In this document: positions 11,013 to 23,968 of the stretch, one piece after another
Layout of the letters: every line of letters starts with the position of its first letter
Position numbering within the stretch: position 1 is the stretch's first letter
Source of the DNA: Anolis carolinensis
Lineage: Eukaryota
Length of the DNA stretch: 64,000 nt
NCBI RefSeq assembly: GCF_035594765.1
Contig: NC_085846.1
Location: 12,883,190 to 12,947,189, forward strand
Reading direction: 5' to 3'
Translations under genes and position numbers: made by a program
The notes under the pieces: generated by a model
Seen by the model: the letters and a program-made list of their open reading frames with translations, nothing else
Databases searched by the model: none
What the model was told of the DNA's origin: nothing

Positions 11013-14000
11013 GTAAGAATCCAGAAAACAATCTCCACCTGTCGCTCTCTTTTTGGGTGGGGGGCTTTATTTCCATTTAGTTCCCTCTACTTAGCAGATG
11101 GTTGGCATCCCTGGAAATGACCCAGCAGTCCCTCAAAAGAGGGATGTCCCCTGATGCCACTCTTTCTTTGTATTTTAGGACAAAGATTATGTTGGCTTTG
11201 CCACCCTGCCCACCCAAGTCCACAGAAAGTCTGTGAAGAAAGGCTTTGACTTCACGCTGATGGTGGCAGGTAAGGTTCTGAAACAACAACTTTCTCCATC
11301 CTAGAAAGCGTTGCCAAATTCCCAAACTAGCAATAAGGGACAATAGAAATTCTCATCATGCCAAGTTGGCAGTTAGGAACAAGCTGTGAACAAGTTTCCT
11401 CCGACCTGAAGACCAAGAAAGACAATTAAAAGATTTCAATTAAATTAGTGATGCATTTTCTCTGCTGTCCACTTTTATGAATACATGAGGCACACACTTC
11501 TGTCTTTATGAAGGGCTTACATCCCAAAATACATAACTTTGGAGGGCTGACTGTACTCTCAATCATTTTCGTAGGAGAATCAGGACTTGGAAAATCCACT
11601 CTTATCAACAGCCTCTTCTTGACAGATCTGTATAAAGATCGTGTGCTTCCAGATGCTCAAGGTAAGTAGAGCGACTGACAGCTGTCATGGTGTGAGACAA
11701 AGAGCCCTTCCACGCTGCCATATAACCCAGACTATCATGGCAGAATAACCCACAATATCTGCTTTGAATTGGGTTATCTGAGTCCACACTGCCATATATC
11801 CCAGTTCAAAGCAGATAATGTGGGGTTTTTTTCAGCTGTGTGGAAGGGGCCAAAGAGAGGGAACCTGACTGGGAAACTCTTAATCCTGACTAATGTCTCT
11901 CCATCTTCCCGATTTCTCAGAGAGGATTCCCCAGACTATGGAAATTGTCAAGCATGCTATCGATATTGAAGAGAAAGGAGTGAAAGTTAAACTGACAGTG
12001 ATCGATACCCCAGGATTTGGGGATGCAGTGGACAACACTGAGTGGTAAGAAAGGGGTCTGGGTATGCGGTTGTGCCTCTTTAGCTCAGTGGGAAAAAAAG
12101 AGAAATATTCCACACTCTAAATTTTGAATATGCAATCTCATCTGAACTTATGGTTAATTCATGTTTCTTCCTGAATTACTGTTACCATTGTTATTATCTG
12201 TTATGGGGCTGATTTTGATCTATGGCAAATCCTGGACCTAAACCCCAGGGAATACCGGGGGGGGGCACTGTTTTTTGATATTATTTTGATAAGGGTTGGA
12301 AGCTCTCTCCCAATTTCAATCTCTTTTTTTTTTCTTTTTCAGCTGGAAGCCAATTGCCCATTACATTGATTGCCAGTTTGAGCAGTATTTTCGTGATGAG
12401 AGTGGCTTGGACCGTAAGAACATTCAGGACGGGCGCGTTCATTGCTGTCTTTATGTCTTATCACCTTTTGGACATGGGTAGGATATCTACAAGCAATAGT
12501 ACATATTTCTTGGTCTGTAGCTCTCCAAATGAAAGATAACAGGAGTTTAATTTGAAGAGACCTCATTTTTGTGTCAGAAGCAACTTGCGAAACTGCAAGT
12601 CGCTTCTAGTGTGAGAGAATTGGCTGTCTGCAAAGACGTTGCCCAGGGTATACTCAGATGTTTTACCATCTTGTGGTAAGCTTCTCTCATGTCCCAGCAC
12701 TGGAAGCTAGAGCTGACAGACAGGAGCTCACCCTGTTCCCCAGATTCAAATCGGCAACCTTTTGGTCAGCAATCCTGCCAGCACAAGTGTTTAACCCAGC
12801 CATGGGCCAACTTGGGCCCTCCAGGTATTTTGGACTTCAACTCCCACAATTCCTGCCAGCTGTTAGGAATTGTGGGAGTTGAAGTCCAAAATGCCTGGAG
12901 GGCCCAAGTTTGCCCATGCCTGGGTTAACCCATTGCACCACCAGGGGCTTCCAGCAGACCTGATATAGCATTTACATTCAGCATTTAGTTCAACACTGGG
13001 ACAGGTCAAATGAGGATAAAAGTATTACTGAGCATGTGCAAAATGCTCGTGCTGCTTATTATCCAGTCTGGGGGTATATGTGGGATAAATAAAACTGTTC
13101 GTGGACTTCAACCTTGACAGCTCCCTGTAAATTTGGAATAAATTAATGATTAGGAAAGCATGCCAACATGTTGAAACATCCTCGCCTTAACACGAAAAGT
13201 GGGCAGACAAATCCAGATTCCAATACAAACTTGGGGAAAGATGAGTAGGAAGTGGGTTTCCTAGATGTTTAGAAGCAGATGCCATGTCTCCTTTTCTGTC
13301 AGTCTTCGCCCCCTAGATATTGCTTTCCTTCAAGCCATCCATGACAAAGTCAATATCGTGCCAGTGATCGGAAAAGCAGACAGCCTGACTCCAACAGAAG
13401 TGCAGCATAAGAAAGAGAAGGTGAGGTTAATGGAAAGAGGTGTTGGAGGCCCACAGACCTATCCTGATGGGGAGCCACCTTCCCAAAGCAGGTAACTTAC
13501 TGCAGTGACTCCCTGGATGTTTGGACTTCACCTTTCAAGAGCAACAGAGCCAGTGATTATGAATTCTGAGAGCCTAAGTCCAAAATATCTGAAAGGCTCC
13601 ATGATGAGAAACTTTGCCTTTAATGGTAAACCTTTTACAAAACCTTTATCTCTGGTGTCTTTTCGCTGTTATGTGCTTTTAAATCATTATCAAATTAGTG
13701 ATGGTCTTTCATGGTTTACTTGACTTGATAGGATATCACTAGCCTTTTTCTGAAGCCGAGAGTGAAATTTGCCCAAGGTTGCCCACTGGGTTTCCCCAAA
13801 TCAGTGGAGATTGAAACCGTTGCCTCCTGAAACCTAGTTCATCACTCAACACATTGGTGGCTAGATCCTCCTAATTCCCCTTTTGGTCCCTTCTCCTCCA
13901 CAACTACATTTCACGGCTATTTTAGTTGTTTCTTTCCATTCCTTTGGGTTCCCAGATCCGGTCGGAGTTAGAAGAAAACGGTATCCGCATTTATGAGTTC

Positions 14001-16334
14001 CCTGAATGTGACTCAGATGAGGACGAAGAGTTCAAAGCTCAGGATGCGGAGATGAAGGTGAGAATGGAATGGGGAGCAATTAAGATGCACTATGGGAAGA
14101 GAGGGACATATAGCAACCAAATCTTACAGGTCTATTTGGTGTCCTCCCTGCAGCACAGCATCCCCTTTGCCGTCATCGGATCAAGCCAGGTGGTCCGAGA
14201 GCTGACAGACAAAGTATTCAGGGGAAGGCAATATCCCTGGGGAACAGTGGAAGGTAAGATGTATTAGAGTACAAGGCTCGGTAGAGGATGCTGTGCCAAA
14301 GGAAGCGACAGATGACTTTGTTTTGTCCCTTCTAGTGGAAAACTCTGCGCACTGCGACTTCCTCAAGCTGCGAAATATGCTGATCCAAACCCATATGCAG
14401 GATTTGAAGGACGTGACCCATGAGGTTCATTATGAGAATTACCGCGCACAGTGCATCCAGAGCCTGACCAGAACTGGGGTTCGGGACCGCAGCAGCCGCG
14501 CGTAAGCAATCCCTGAGGCTCCCAGCATTTTCTCCAAAGGGGGAAGCATTCATGCATCGGGGGCTGAGGCCAAAGGGTTAATCGAGACATGAATAGAGAT
14601 GGAGTTAATTCTGTTGAACTAGTCATTTCCAACGTATGCTGCTCCTACGTAAGGTGAATTCATCACAGGGTTGCCTTTGCCTGCCTCTATGGCTGAGAGA
14701 TTGTGACCTGCCTAAGGTTAACCAATAGGTTTCCCAGACTGAGAACTAGAACCCTAACCTCCTGAAATCCTAGCCCATCACTCAATCCAATGACACCAAC
14801 AAAATAACAGCCCCATCTCTTGGGCTGGATCACAAGCTCCTTCTTGTCTCCTTAGGAAACTGTCCCGTCAAAGTGCCACAGAGATGCCACTCCTGCCTTT
14901 GGTTGAGACAGAGAAACTGATTCGTGAGAAAGATGAAGAGGTGAGCTGCAAAAGGGATCACAGATGTGCATAGAAGGTCTTATGTTTTTTTCCCCTCATA
15001 GCCAATGAGTGTTGCAACTTTACATTCAATGAAGTTGTGACAGATCAGGAAATCTATACTGGTAAGTGAACAGGCCCCCAATGGCACAACGGGTTAAACC
15101 GCTGAACTTGCTGACCGAAAGGTTGGCGGTTCGAATCCGGGGAGCGGGGTGAGCTCCCGGTGTTAGCCCCAGCTTCTGCCAATCTAGCAGTTCAAAAACA
15201 TGAAAATGTGAGTAGATCTATAGGAAGGTAACAGCACTCCATGCAGTCATGCCAGGCACATGATCTACGGACAACGCCAGCTCTTTGGCTTATAAATGGA
15301 GATGGGCAGCAATCCTCAGAGTCGGACACAACTAGACATAATGTCAGGGGGAAACCTTTACCTAACAACTAAGCGAACAAGAGGAGGAAGATGGGAAAAT
15401 GCCTCCGTCTTGACTTTTATGCCTACTTTAAAGAGATACCTGTCATTTAAAACCAGCAAAGTGTATTAGTGGAAAGGGGGACAGATCCAACCTCCATGAT
15501 TCTGCTTCATGGACAAATGATGGTAGTTTTTGCTTGTCTGTGTCCTTAAAGCCACCTTTAAGGGGAACCAGACTTAAGACTTATTTGGACCATCTACAGA
15601 CAACTGAAAATATGTATAGGATTCAAAAGCTTCTAGTCTAGAAATTTGAGTATTAATAGCCCACTGATGAAGGATTTAAAAGTACAGATAGTTTGAAATA
15701 CAATGGGATTCTAAAACTAAAAACTCCACCCTCCTTTGACTGTTTCTTCAGAATCCTTGAAGCTTTGTAACTTTTGTTTACATGCCAACTATGGAAGAGG
15801 GAGAAATGTAGGCTCTTAGTTTCTTTGTAAACTAATTGATTTGGTAAAAGACTATACTGATACAGAAGTGAGCAAAATGGAGCCTATGCCAATTTTTGCA
15901 GCTCATGGTATGTTTTGTTGCTCAAAAAAAGAAATGCATTTCTGCAAATCTCTAAAAGAGGCAATTCTGTTTTCAAAGTGATATACACTAGAAAAACAAT
16001 CTTATTTCCAGCTTTTTTTAAAAAAATGAAGTGAGCTTCTTCTAATCTCTCCTGGTTTTGAAAACAAACTAAACAAATTGTAATTTTTTTGTGAAGATGC
16101 AAAACATGATGAGATGGCTTTCACTACATTTACTCAGCAGTGCACTGAGTAAATGTAGTGAAAGCCATTTCAGGAGCACTTGGTAATCGATAAAGTAACT
16201 GTCTATAATCAAGGTGGGTACAATATCAAAATGTCTCACTTTCTTTTGTTTAGCTCCGTCGGATGCAGGAAATGCTACAGAAAATGCAGGCGCAGATGTT
16301 GCAGAGCCAGGGGGAACAGAGTGACAGCCTCTGA
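11010..16334 (+). CDS. SEPTIN1: Septin-1, spliced CDS (363 aa)
   Basis: Exons 11010-11012 (ATG|gtaag), 11179-11269, 11575-11661, 11921-12044, 12343-12477, 13303-13420, 13956-14057, 14154-14253, 14336-14501, 14856-14940, 16254-16334. All GT-AG with consistent phases, total 1092 nt. P-loop [16 protein letters not shown]; start [18 protein letters not shown] and C-terminus QGEQSDSL match SEPT1 rather than SEPT2/4/5. AATAAA at 16576-16581. Confidence 0.95.
11702..11851. mobile_element. PIF/Harbinger-like MITE with 3-bp TSD
   Basis: TIR (G)GCCC(C)TTCCAC; TSD AAA here, TGA at copy 35657-35804, TGG at copy 50737-51810. Confidence 0.7.
12567..12950 (-). mobile_element. Anolis SINE2-like copy interrupted by a palindromic hAT MITE (12797-12922)
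   Basis: MITE TIR CAG.CATGG; TSD GTTTAACC/GGTTAACC. Confidence 0.8.
15073..15363 (+). mobile_element. Sauria SINE
   Basis: Homologous to 1342-1667; flanked by TAAGTGAACA/TAAGCGAACA. Confidence 0.85.
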
Positions 16335-17407
16335 AACACAACAGAGGTCTCACATTGTCATGGAAATCCTAGAAGGAAGATTGGCAAGGCATGAAGGAGG
16401 TCCATGAGCTTTGGCAACTTCTGTGTCAAGGGGAACTCTTGGCCTTTGAGGAAAGGAAAACCCCACTTTCCAGTGGATTAACTGCTCTTTCTTGTTTAGC
16501 CTATCCATGCTGCAGAGCATTGTAATCTCCCTGGCATAATATGGCTTCAGTAAATAGACATTGATGCTTAATGAAAATAAAATATATTTTACAATGCTTG
16601 ACAAACCTGGAAAACTGCAGAACAGGTCTTTTAGTACATCCATTGTCATAAAGAAATGACTCACGAAATGGTTATCATCTGTCTATCATTCACCAAACAC
16701 GTATTTCTCTCCTGAACCCCATTCCTACTCCCTCCTAATATGGGATTACATTTATGCGTTCCGATTATGCGTTCCATAGATGTGCACAAGGAGTGGCAGT
16801 ATAATGGTCCACATTATCAAGAAGCAATATTAAAACAGTATTATCTGAGCTTTCATCTTAACATCATAATCCAAAGAATTCCAGCATTTGCTAGCAAAGG
16901 GAACAAAACTAGAATTTGGAGAAGCCTTGCTTAAATGAGGCAGGATAAATGGGCCATTACACAGAAGAGACATAACACCTTCTTGTCTTAAAAAAAAATA
17001 AAACCAGTTGTATAGAGGGGAGTTTATCCTTTCCTGTCCAGCCACCTTTTCCCTAATGGAGGGAAGACAGAAAACAGCATACAGGGGGCAGTATTTTTGT
17101 CAAAATACTCTCTAGAGGCAAAAAGGCCTTTCCTCCCATTACTTGGCTACAAAATAAAAGGATGTGGAAAACTGGAAACTTTGAGGCTGGATCTATACTG
17201 CCATAAAATCTAGACTATTAAAATCCAGTTTATCTGCTTTGAACTGGACTATATGAGTCTACACTGCCATATAATCCAGTTCAAAGCAGATAATTAGGAT
17301 TTCATATGGCAGTGTATAAAGGGCCCTAGTTTATCCCTAGTCAGGAAGCCACTTGCACCCACATTACTTATGTTTTAGGTTAAGTGCAGGGCTTCTTCCC
17401 TCCAGAT

Positions 17408-17514
17408 CAGTGGTTCTCCAGATGTTTTGGCCCTCAACTCCCAGAATTCCTAACAGCTGATAAAGTGGCTGTGATTTCTGGGAGTCGTAGGCCAAAACAC
17501 CTGGGGACCCACGG
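17408..17514. mobile_element. Palindromic hAT MITE
   Basis: Starts CAGTGGTTCTC; perfect 8-bp TSD CTCCAGAT. Confidence 0.75.
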
Positions 17515-17776
17515 CTCCAGATTAAGAGTGCAACTATACCTGAAGAATCACAAGAGACAAAGAAATAGCAGCAACAGACATTTACCTTATATGCAGCACA
17601 TTGGGTCTTTGAATCAGGACTTAACTAGTCTCCACTTACAAAGTCTAAAAATGAAGGAAGGGGTCTCTGACCAGTTAGTCTGGGCAATATCCAAGTTATA
17701 ACATCCTTCGAATCCTCAAAAAACATGGCTTTACAGCAGATGCATTTCTCTCTGGCGAAGAAGAGGCTGAGACGAC

Positions 17777-20700
17777 TCATTCTTTCTGATACTCGGTGTA
17801 TTTCTTCGATGACCCATAGACTTTCTCAACTGGGTACTTCAGGCGGTTCTTCTCTATTTTCTGGAGGGCGGCTGTGGGGAGGTCCACGCGGCATTTGTTC
17901 GCAAGGGCCACCAGGTAAATGAGGACGTCACTGAGTTCATCAGAGAGGGCTTCGCGCTCGGAGGCTGTCCATCCTGGCAGGCCTTCGGGGGCATCTTCCC
18001 GCCACTGGCTGAAGACAAGAGACAAAAACATGGAGGTGAAGGCTTGGCAAGACTCCAGTTAAACAGGGAGCAAGAAAAGCTCAGAAGGAAGGAGCTCTGG
18101 ATTTCTGAAAGGGACAGACAATAAGCCTCATTCCTGCATGGAAGCCATACCCTTGGCCCCAAAAGCAGGGCGGGGAAGGCAATACACCAAATGACTAACT
18201 CCTCTATTTTTCTACAGTCAAGACTCGCATCTCCTTCATAAATGGTGAATGTCTATTAGTAATACCAATCAAATTTACAGTAATAAAATATAACATTAGG
18301 AAGTTATAGCATTCAAACATGACAACATCTCCATTTAAAGAGGATTTGACAATACAGCAAGACCCCGTATTTGTTGTCAGCCAGATCGAATTACATTAAA
18401 TTGTGGGTACTGTCAGTTTTATATTATTTGGGTCATTTCTTAAGTGAAAATGAATAAGTGTTTGCAGGAATCATGTCCCATCTGTATTTGACCAGCAGCA
18501 ATTAAGACACCTGCTTTAGATTGAGGGCTATTAATAGAGTCTGAGTAAGTCTTATGTTAGTGTTGTTAGAGTGTTGTAAAGTGCAGTGTTGTAGTGTGTG
18601 CTGTGATGGTGGCAAAGATGGTATTGCTGCTGAAGAGCTACTGAAGTGGAACCGAAGAGAGGTTTGAAGACGGAGAGTCCAGAAACCACAGAGGTTAAAG
18701 CGTCAAGATAAGAAAGCTTTGTGTTTGCTGCTGATATAAGCAAAGGACTGTGTTTTGTATGTTTTGTTTATATAAATCTTTCTTTACCAAAGGACAGTTT
18801 TGTTTTTGGAGTTATTCTTCTTGGACGAGGGTGCAACTTCCGCAGAAGGGGTTGAGAGTTTGGAACTCAATTGGCTAGCTGCGTCATGTACGACCTAGTG
18901 TCATTAAATTACCTGACGTTTGGTCCCAGCATACCATAGATTTGCAATGGAGGATCCCAGAGAAGTCCTCTACTGTGACACTATGACCCTTTCTATTTAT
19001 TATTTTTATTTAAAATATTTATATTCCGTCCTTCTCACCCCGAAGAGGACTCAGACATATTTACAACATATTTACAGCAAGCATTCCATGCTGAGACATA
19101 AAATAATTATAAGTATAAACAAACATTAAAACATTAAAAACATTGAATATTAAACATTAAAGTCAGTTGTTTAAACCAACTTAGGACACCATGCTGCCAT
19201 ATAAAATCCAGATTATCTGCTTTCAATTGGATTATATGGCAGTGTAGATTTATATAATCCAGTTCTGGACACTTTGCCTCCTTTACTCAAAGAAAGAGAA
19301 AGGAATGCTATTTTGGAGTCATGATATGTTTGCAGGGAGTCAGTTCCTGATCCTTGGCATTGTTTTTAGGGAAAAGATGCGTTTTGGAAGTATTGGAAAG
19401 GTGGCAGATTTCCAAGGAAACAGTCTGGCTTAAGAGATGTTCTTCTCCAGGAGACCGAGGGAGAAAGGATATGGTAATATTTGGATGCATGAGGATGAAT
19501 GTGTATATGTAATGTGAATGCTGAGTAACTGTAGGTTGTTTGTGGATTCAACACAGTTACATAGAATCTGTATGTCTGTATCTCCAATGTCGTTCTTTGT
19601 GTAAAATTGTAAAAGTTCTGATATACTCTCTCACACTGAAATTGCATTAAAAAGAACTTTTGTTTAAAAAGTATTCATGACATCCCAATCAAAATGGTTA
19701 TGGATGAGGAAAGAGACGGAGCTTTCTACTGGAATGACTGCACTGTGTGAGAAAGGCTTCAACAGACCCATGAGATATTCCCAAAGTTGCTCTGGTATCG
19801 CCCAAGGAAGTACCACTTGGCCTGTTCTATTCTCTTGGAAATGTGACTCTTCTGGACTGAAAATCTCAGCTGGTCTTGAAGTCCAGAAAGGAACACTTCC
19901 AAGATCCAATAAGTATATTCTAAAGTCCATACTTACAAGAGTTCTGCCAACTCTCCAACTTCCCCAACGAGTGCAAGAAGCAGGTTTCGAGGCTGGTGGT
20001 ACTTTCCCCAGCCACGCTCTGCTGCAAATGCAATCTGGAGCTTGCGACTGTGGGAAACATAACAAAGAGACAGGGATCAGGGCAGGATGGACAAGAGTTT
20101 GAGACCAAAGAGAATTCTGCAGGATGCAAATCAAAAGAAAGGAAGAAACTGAGGTTGACTCTATGGAGACAGTGAATGGGGTGTACATAGGGTGTCTCAC
20201 ATGTCTTCCAAGGTGGGTTCAGCGCTGAACTGAAAAGGCTCTGTTGCATTTCTGAGCCCGTCATGCGCGGATGCCTTATTTGTTTCCTCCTCTTTTGTCT
20301 TCTGAGAACAAGCCAAGGAGCACGATCCCTGAATGAAAAAAACCCAGAACAACAGAAAACATGAGGAAAACATTCCTTGCCAGTTTCTATCGTTAATTTA
20401 AAATGGAACAGCATACTGTTTGGTGTTGAAAGCCAAAACTGGCAGCAAAGTAGGCCAAGCACTGGCATCGTATTCCCTACTTAATAAACCAGAATCTTTC
20501 TGGGTCATAGAATAAAGTGACACTAGATAGCTCATCCCAAGACACTAGGTATTATAATAGTTCTGAGTTCTGCTGTTTCACTCTCAGGACCATTTACTAT
20601 TGTGGTTGTATGCTTCGGTTCATTTCTGACTTATGGAGACATTACAGTGACCGTGGCAATTTTTCATGATGCTATCTTGTCTTGTCTTGATTGGAAGACC

Positions 20701-21922
20701 ATCTCTTAGTTACTCTGCAGAATTAAACTATAGTATATTAATCTCCTTGATTCCCAGTTATAATTGGAAAGTAAAAAGGACTAGAACTATAAAGAGCATT
20801 GTGCATCAACATTACAATTTGACACTTCTGGGGACTTCCAACAGGTGTAATTTCTTTTTTCATCAGAAAGTGGGCAATTTGGTTGGATTAAAGGCCGCAA
20901 AAACTAAGGTGAAGTTGGAAGCAATACTGTGTTGTCGAAGGCTTTCATAGCTGGAATCACTAGGTTGTTGTGCATTTTCTGAGCTTTATGGCCATGCTCC
21001 AGAAGCATTCCCTTCTGATGTTTCATCCATATCTATGGCAAGCATCCTCAGAGGACCTCACAACCTATGAGGATGCCTGCCATAGATGTGGGCAAAACAT
21101 CAGGAGAGAATGCTTCTGGAACATGGCCATACAGCCCAGAAAATGCACAACAACCCAATTTTGGATACTGTCAGGAGCAATTTTGGATACGCCAGCACAA
21201 ACTCTCACTTCAGGACAAAAACTTAAATTTAATACTGATATTTTTAGCTTTAACAAAATTATTAAATGCCTAGATTATTGTATATTTACATTCATAGGAA
21301 TTTGCAAAAAAAATTGTTCAGAAATTTTAATCAAATACATGTCCTTTACCCTCAAGCATTCTAACGAACCTGATTATTCATGTAGTGGTGATGCAACCAT
21401 TGTGCAACCATTTTACTATATGAAGCTTATTATCAATTAATATACATTTGCATTTATATTCATTTGCATCTATACTGTAGAATGAATGAGGTTTGAAACT
21501 ACATTGACTGCCACGGCTCAATGCTATGGAATCCTAGGAGTTGTAGTTTGGTGAGGCACTCTGCCAGGGAAGAATAAAACCTTGTAATACTACAACTCTC
21601 AAAGTTTCATATCATTGAGCCATGGTAATTAAAGTGATATCAAACTGCATTAATTCCACAGTGTAGATGCACTCTGAGTTAGACAGAAGAAAAATAGAAA
21701 TGACAGCTTGGCATACCAATTCCAAAGCAAAAGCAGCGCTGAGGATCAAAATTTGCCCATCCTGATATAAAGGAAGGTACTACAACACACACATTTTTTC
21801 ATCTGGTATAAATGAGGTTTAAGTGGGAGTCTTAGGAGGGTTAAGCAGACCTTACACCTTCCTAACCTGCATGGAGAAATTTAATCTATATTTGATCAAA
21901 GTGTATGTGTATGTATATGTGC

Positions 21923-21957
<35 letters not shown>

Positions 21958-22645
21958 AGAAGCGGCTTGAGAACATACTGCAAGTCGCTTCTGGTATGAG
22001 AGAATTGACAGACTACAGAGACATTGCCCAGGGGATGCCTGGATATGTTAGCTGGGAGGCTTCTCTCATGTTCCCACAAGCTAGAGCTGACAGACGGGAG
22101 CTCATCCCATCTTGAGGATTTGAACCGGCAACCTTCAGATCAGCAACCCGACCTTCAGGTCAGTAGTTCAGCCAACACAAGGGTTTAACCCACTGCGCCA
22201 CTGCAAAGCCCATATTAATATGTATATTAATAATATTTTGTTTTATATTGCTGTTTTAATCATGTTGTACCCTGCCTTGAGTCACAAGGAGAGGTGGGCA
22301 ATAAATGAATTATTATTATTATGCAAAGACACAATTCACCAATGCATAGATGCCAGCCATTACCTCAGTCTTCATCATGGTATTACTACAATTCTTTGAA
22401 AGGCTAAGTCCTGCATTATCAAGGGGTGTCGCACAATCTGGAGTGGCACATGTTTGATATTTGGTGGAGTTCATGTGATGCTGGAGGACGGCATAGTTGG
22501 CTTTCACCTCAGACTCACAGACCCTGCAGGCCGCCATTTGCTCGTCTTCCACCACAGGCCGAATCCAGTCCTTCAAATCCGCCTCCTTCTCCAAGTCTCT
22601 GCAGTACTTTTCCTCTTCTTTGTCTCTCTTACACAACGTCATCAT
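17777..22645 (-). CDS. DCTPP1: dCTP pyrophosphatase 1 (MazG-like all-alpha NTP pyrophosphatase) with predicted N-terminal zinc-finger extension (250 aa)
   Basis: Exons (-): 22645-22364 (zinc-finger exon, inferred), 20328-20201 (...FQFSAEPTLEDI), 20047-19937 (RKLQIAFAAERGWGKYHQPRNLLLALVGEVGELAELF), 18008-17777 (QWREDAPEG...ELSDVLIYLVALA...SSKKYTEYQKE*). Phases 0/2/2 consistent, total 753 nt. The three catalytic-domain exons are unambiguous; the first coding exon is inferred. Confidence 0.9.
20928..21158. mobile_element. Penelope-derived inverted repeat (in DCTPP1 intron)
   Basis: Same family as 3721-3970. Confidence 0.7.
21900..21957. repeat. (TA/TG)n microsatellite at SINE tail
   Basis: gtgtatgtgtatgtatatgtgcatatatat followed by a (TG) run. 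Confidence 0.85.
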
Positions 22646-22653
22646 TGGCAGGT
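22364..22653 (-). CDS. Exon encoding a BED-like/hAT-transposase-type zinc finger, predicted first coding exon of DCTPP1
   Basis: Acceptor ccctgttcccttccttgcag|ACC at 22653; ATG ATG at 22645/22642; open for 94 codons (KYCRDLEKEADLKDWIRPVVEDEQMAACRVCESEVKANYAVLQHHMNSTKYQ); donor GAG|gtaatg at 22364 is phase 0, matching the phase-0 DCTPP1 exon at 20328. Confidence 0.7.
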
Positions 22654-23037
22654 CTGCAAGGAAGGGAACAGGCTGACTTTGTAAAACAAGAGTGGGAATC
22701 ATGTGGCCCATCCAATGACTGTTGAACTCAAAGTTGCAGCAGACTAGTTGGCATAGAATTATTGCAGCTTAACACCACTTTAACTGCTATGGAATCTTGA
22801 GAATTGTAGTTTTAGAATGCCTTCAATCGTCTCTACCAAAGAGCGGTGCCCCACCAAACTACAACTCCCAGGATTCCATAACATTGAGCCGTGGCAGTTA
22901 AAATTATTTCAAACTGCATTAATTCTATAGTGTAGATGCACCCTATGACCCAGGGTTTGAATCCCTGCATATTGGCGATGAAGCCCTCTGGATTACCTTG
23001 GTCAAATCACACCCTCTCAATCAAGAAAATCCTAATA

Positions 23038-23347
23038 CAGTAGTCTCACTTATCCAACATTCGCTTATCCAATGTTCTGAATTATCCAACGCAATCTGCC
23101 TTTTAGTAGTCAATATTTTCATGGTGCTAAATTTGTAAATACAGTAATTACTACATAACATTACAGTGTATTAAACTGCTTTTCTGTCAATTTGTTGTAA
23201 AACATGATATTTTGGTGCTTAATTTGTAAAATCATAATGTAATTTGACATTTAATAGGCTTTTCCTTAATCCCTCCTTATTATCCAACATTTTCACTTAT
23301 CCAACATTCTGCTGGGCCATTTATGTTGGATAAGTGAGACTCTATTG
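23038..23347. mobile_element. Tc1/mariner (Tigger/pogo-like) MITE
   Basis: TIR CAGTAG(AG)TCTCACTTATCCAAC, TA TSD; second copy at 27482-27804. Confidence 0.8.
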
Positions 23348-23439
23348 TATAAGTGAATGATTTAAAGACTCATAAATGTTCAAACAAGGGTCCAGGGAGC
23401 CAGCCTCTCCTCTCAGCCTGACCTACCTTGCAATGTTGT

Positions 23440-23968
23440 TGGTACTGTTGGAATTCAACCCCCTACTGTCAAAGTCTGCAGTCCTCAATGAGGAATAGTT
23501 AGTTCGCTTAGAATAGGCTGAGGAAAACTTCTTCCCCCCTGATTTCTGAATGATAGTTGGAATGTACCTATTTCTTCTCCCCTTTCTATTTCTGTTCTCA
23601 TTCTGACTGGTTATGTGGAATTGATACTTTGCAGGTGCATGCCTTTTACTTCTGACTTCTACTTTTTTACATCGTAGTGTGTGCTGTATGTGTAGAGACC
23701 TCTCTCTGCTTGTGTGCGTTAGAGAGATGGGAGTTTGAAAGAAGCTCAGACCCAGTTATTTACCATTTACTATTAAGAAATGTAGTTATTATTGTTCGTA
23801 AATTAACCTTTTTATAAAAGATTTAATTCTGGATAATTGCTTCCTAAGTTCTTTACAGGCACATGGCACTTCATGCTACTTGCTGTGAGCTGAATGCTCA
23901 ACTATAAGTAATCTGTGGATGATCTGCTGTAGCTTTTTGGGAATTTTCCCTATCAGAAAATCCAAACA
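23440..23968. mobile_element. Putative solo LTR
   Basis: TG...CA ends flanked by 5-bp direct repeat GTTGT (23435-23439, 23969-23973); interrupts an old MIR-like SINE. Confidence 0.55.

Noticed and set aside
18372-18980. LTR-like segment (TG...TGACA); similar segment at ~29203-29726
   Set aside because: Composition is LTR-like but no matching TSD could be established, so it is not supported enough to call.
19260-19655. Possible L1/Tx1 ORF2 3' remnant (also ~15530-16060)
   Set aside because: Too degenerate to define boundaries or family with confidence.
20329-20373. In-frame ATG (- strand, 20373) giving MFSSCFLLFWVFFIQ-GSC..., a signal-peptide-like DCTPP1 start
   Set aside because: The hydrophobic run is simply the polypyrimidine tract of the 20328 acceptor and no promoter is evident nearby. 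Kept only as the alternative to test against the fusion model.
19664-20468. Long overlapping ORFs (178, 141, 182 aa)
   Set aside because: Off-frame or antisense shadows of DCTPP1 exons 20201-20328 and 19937-20047.
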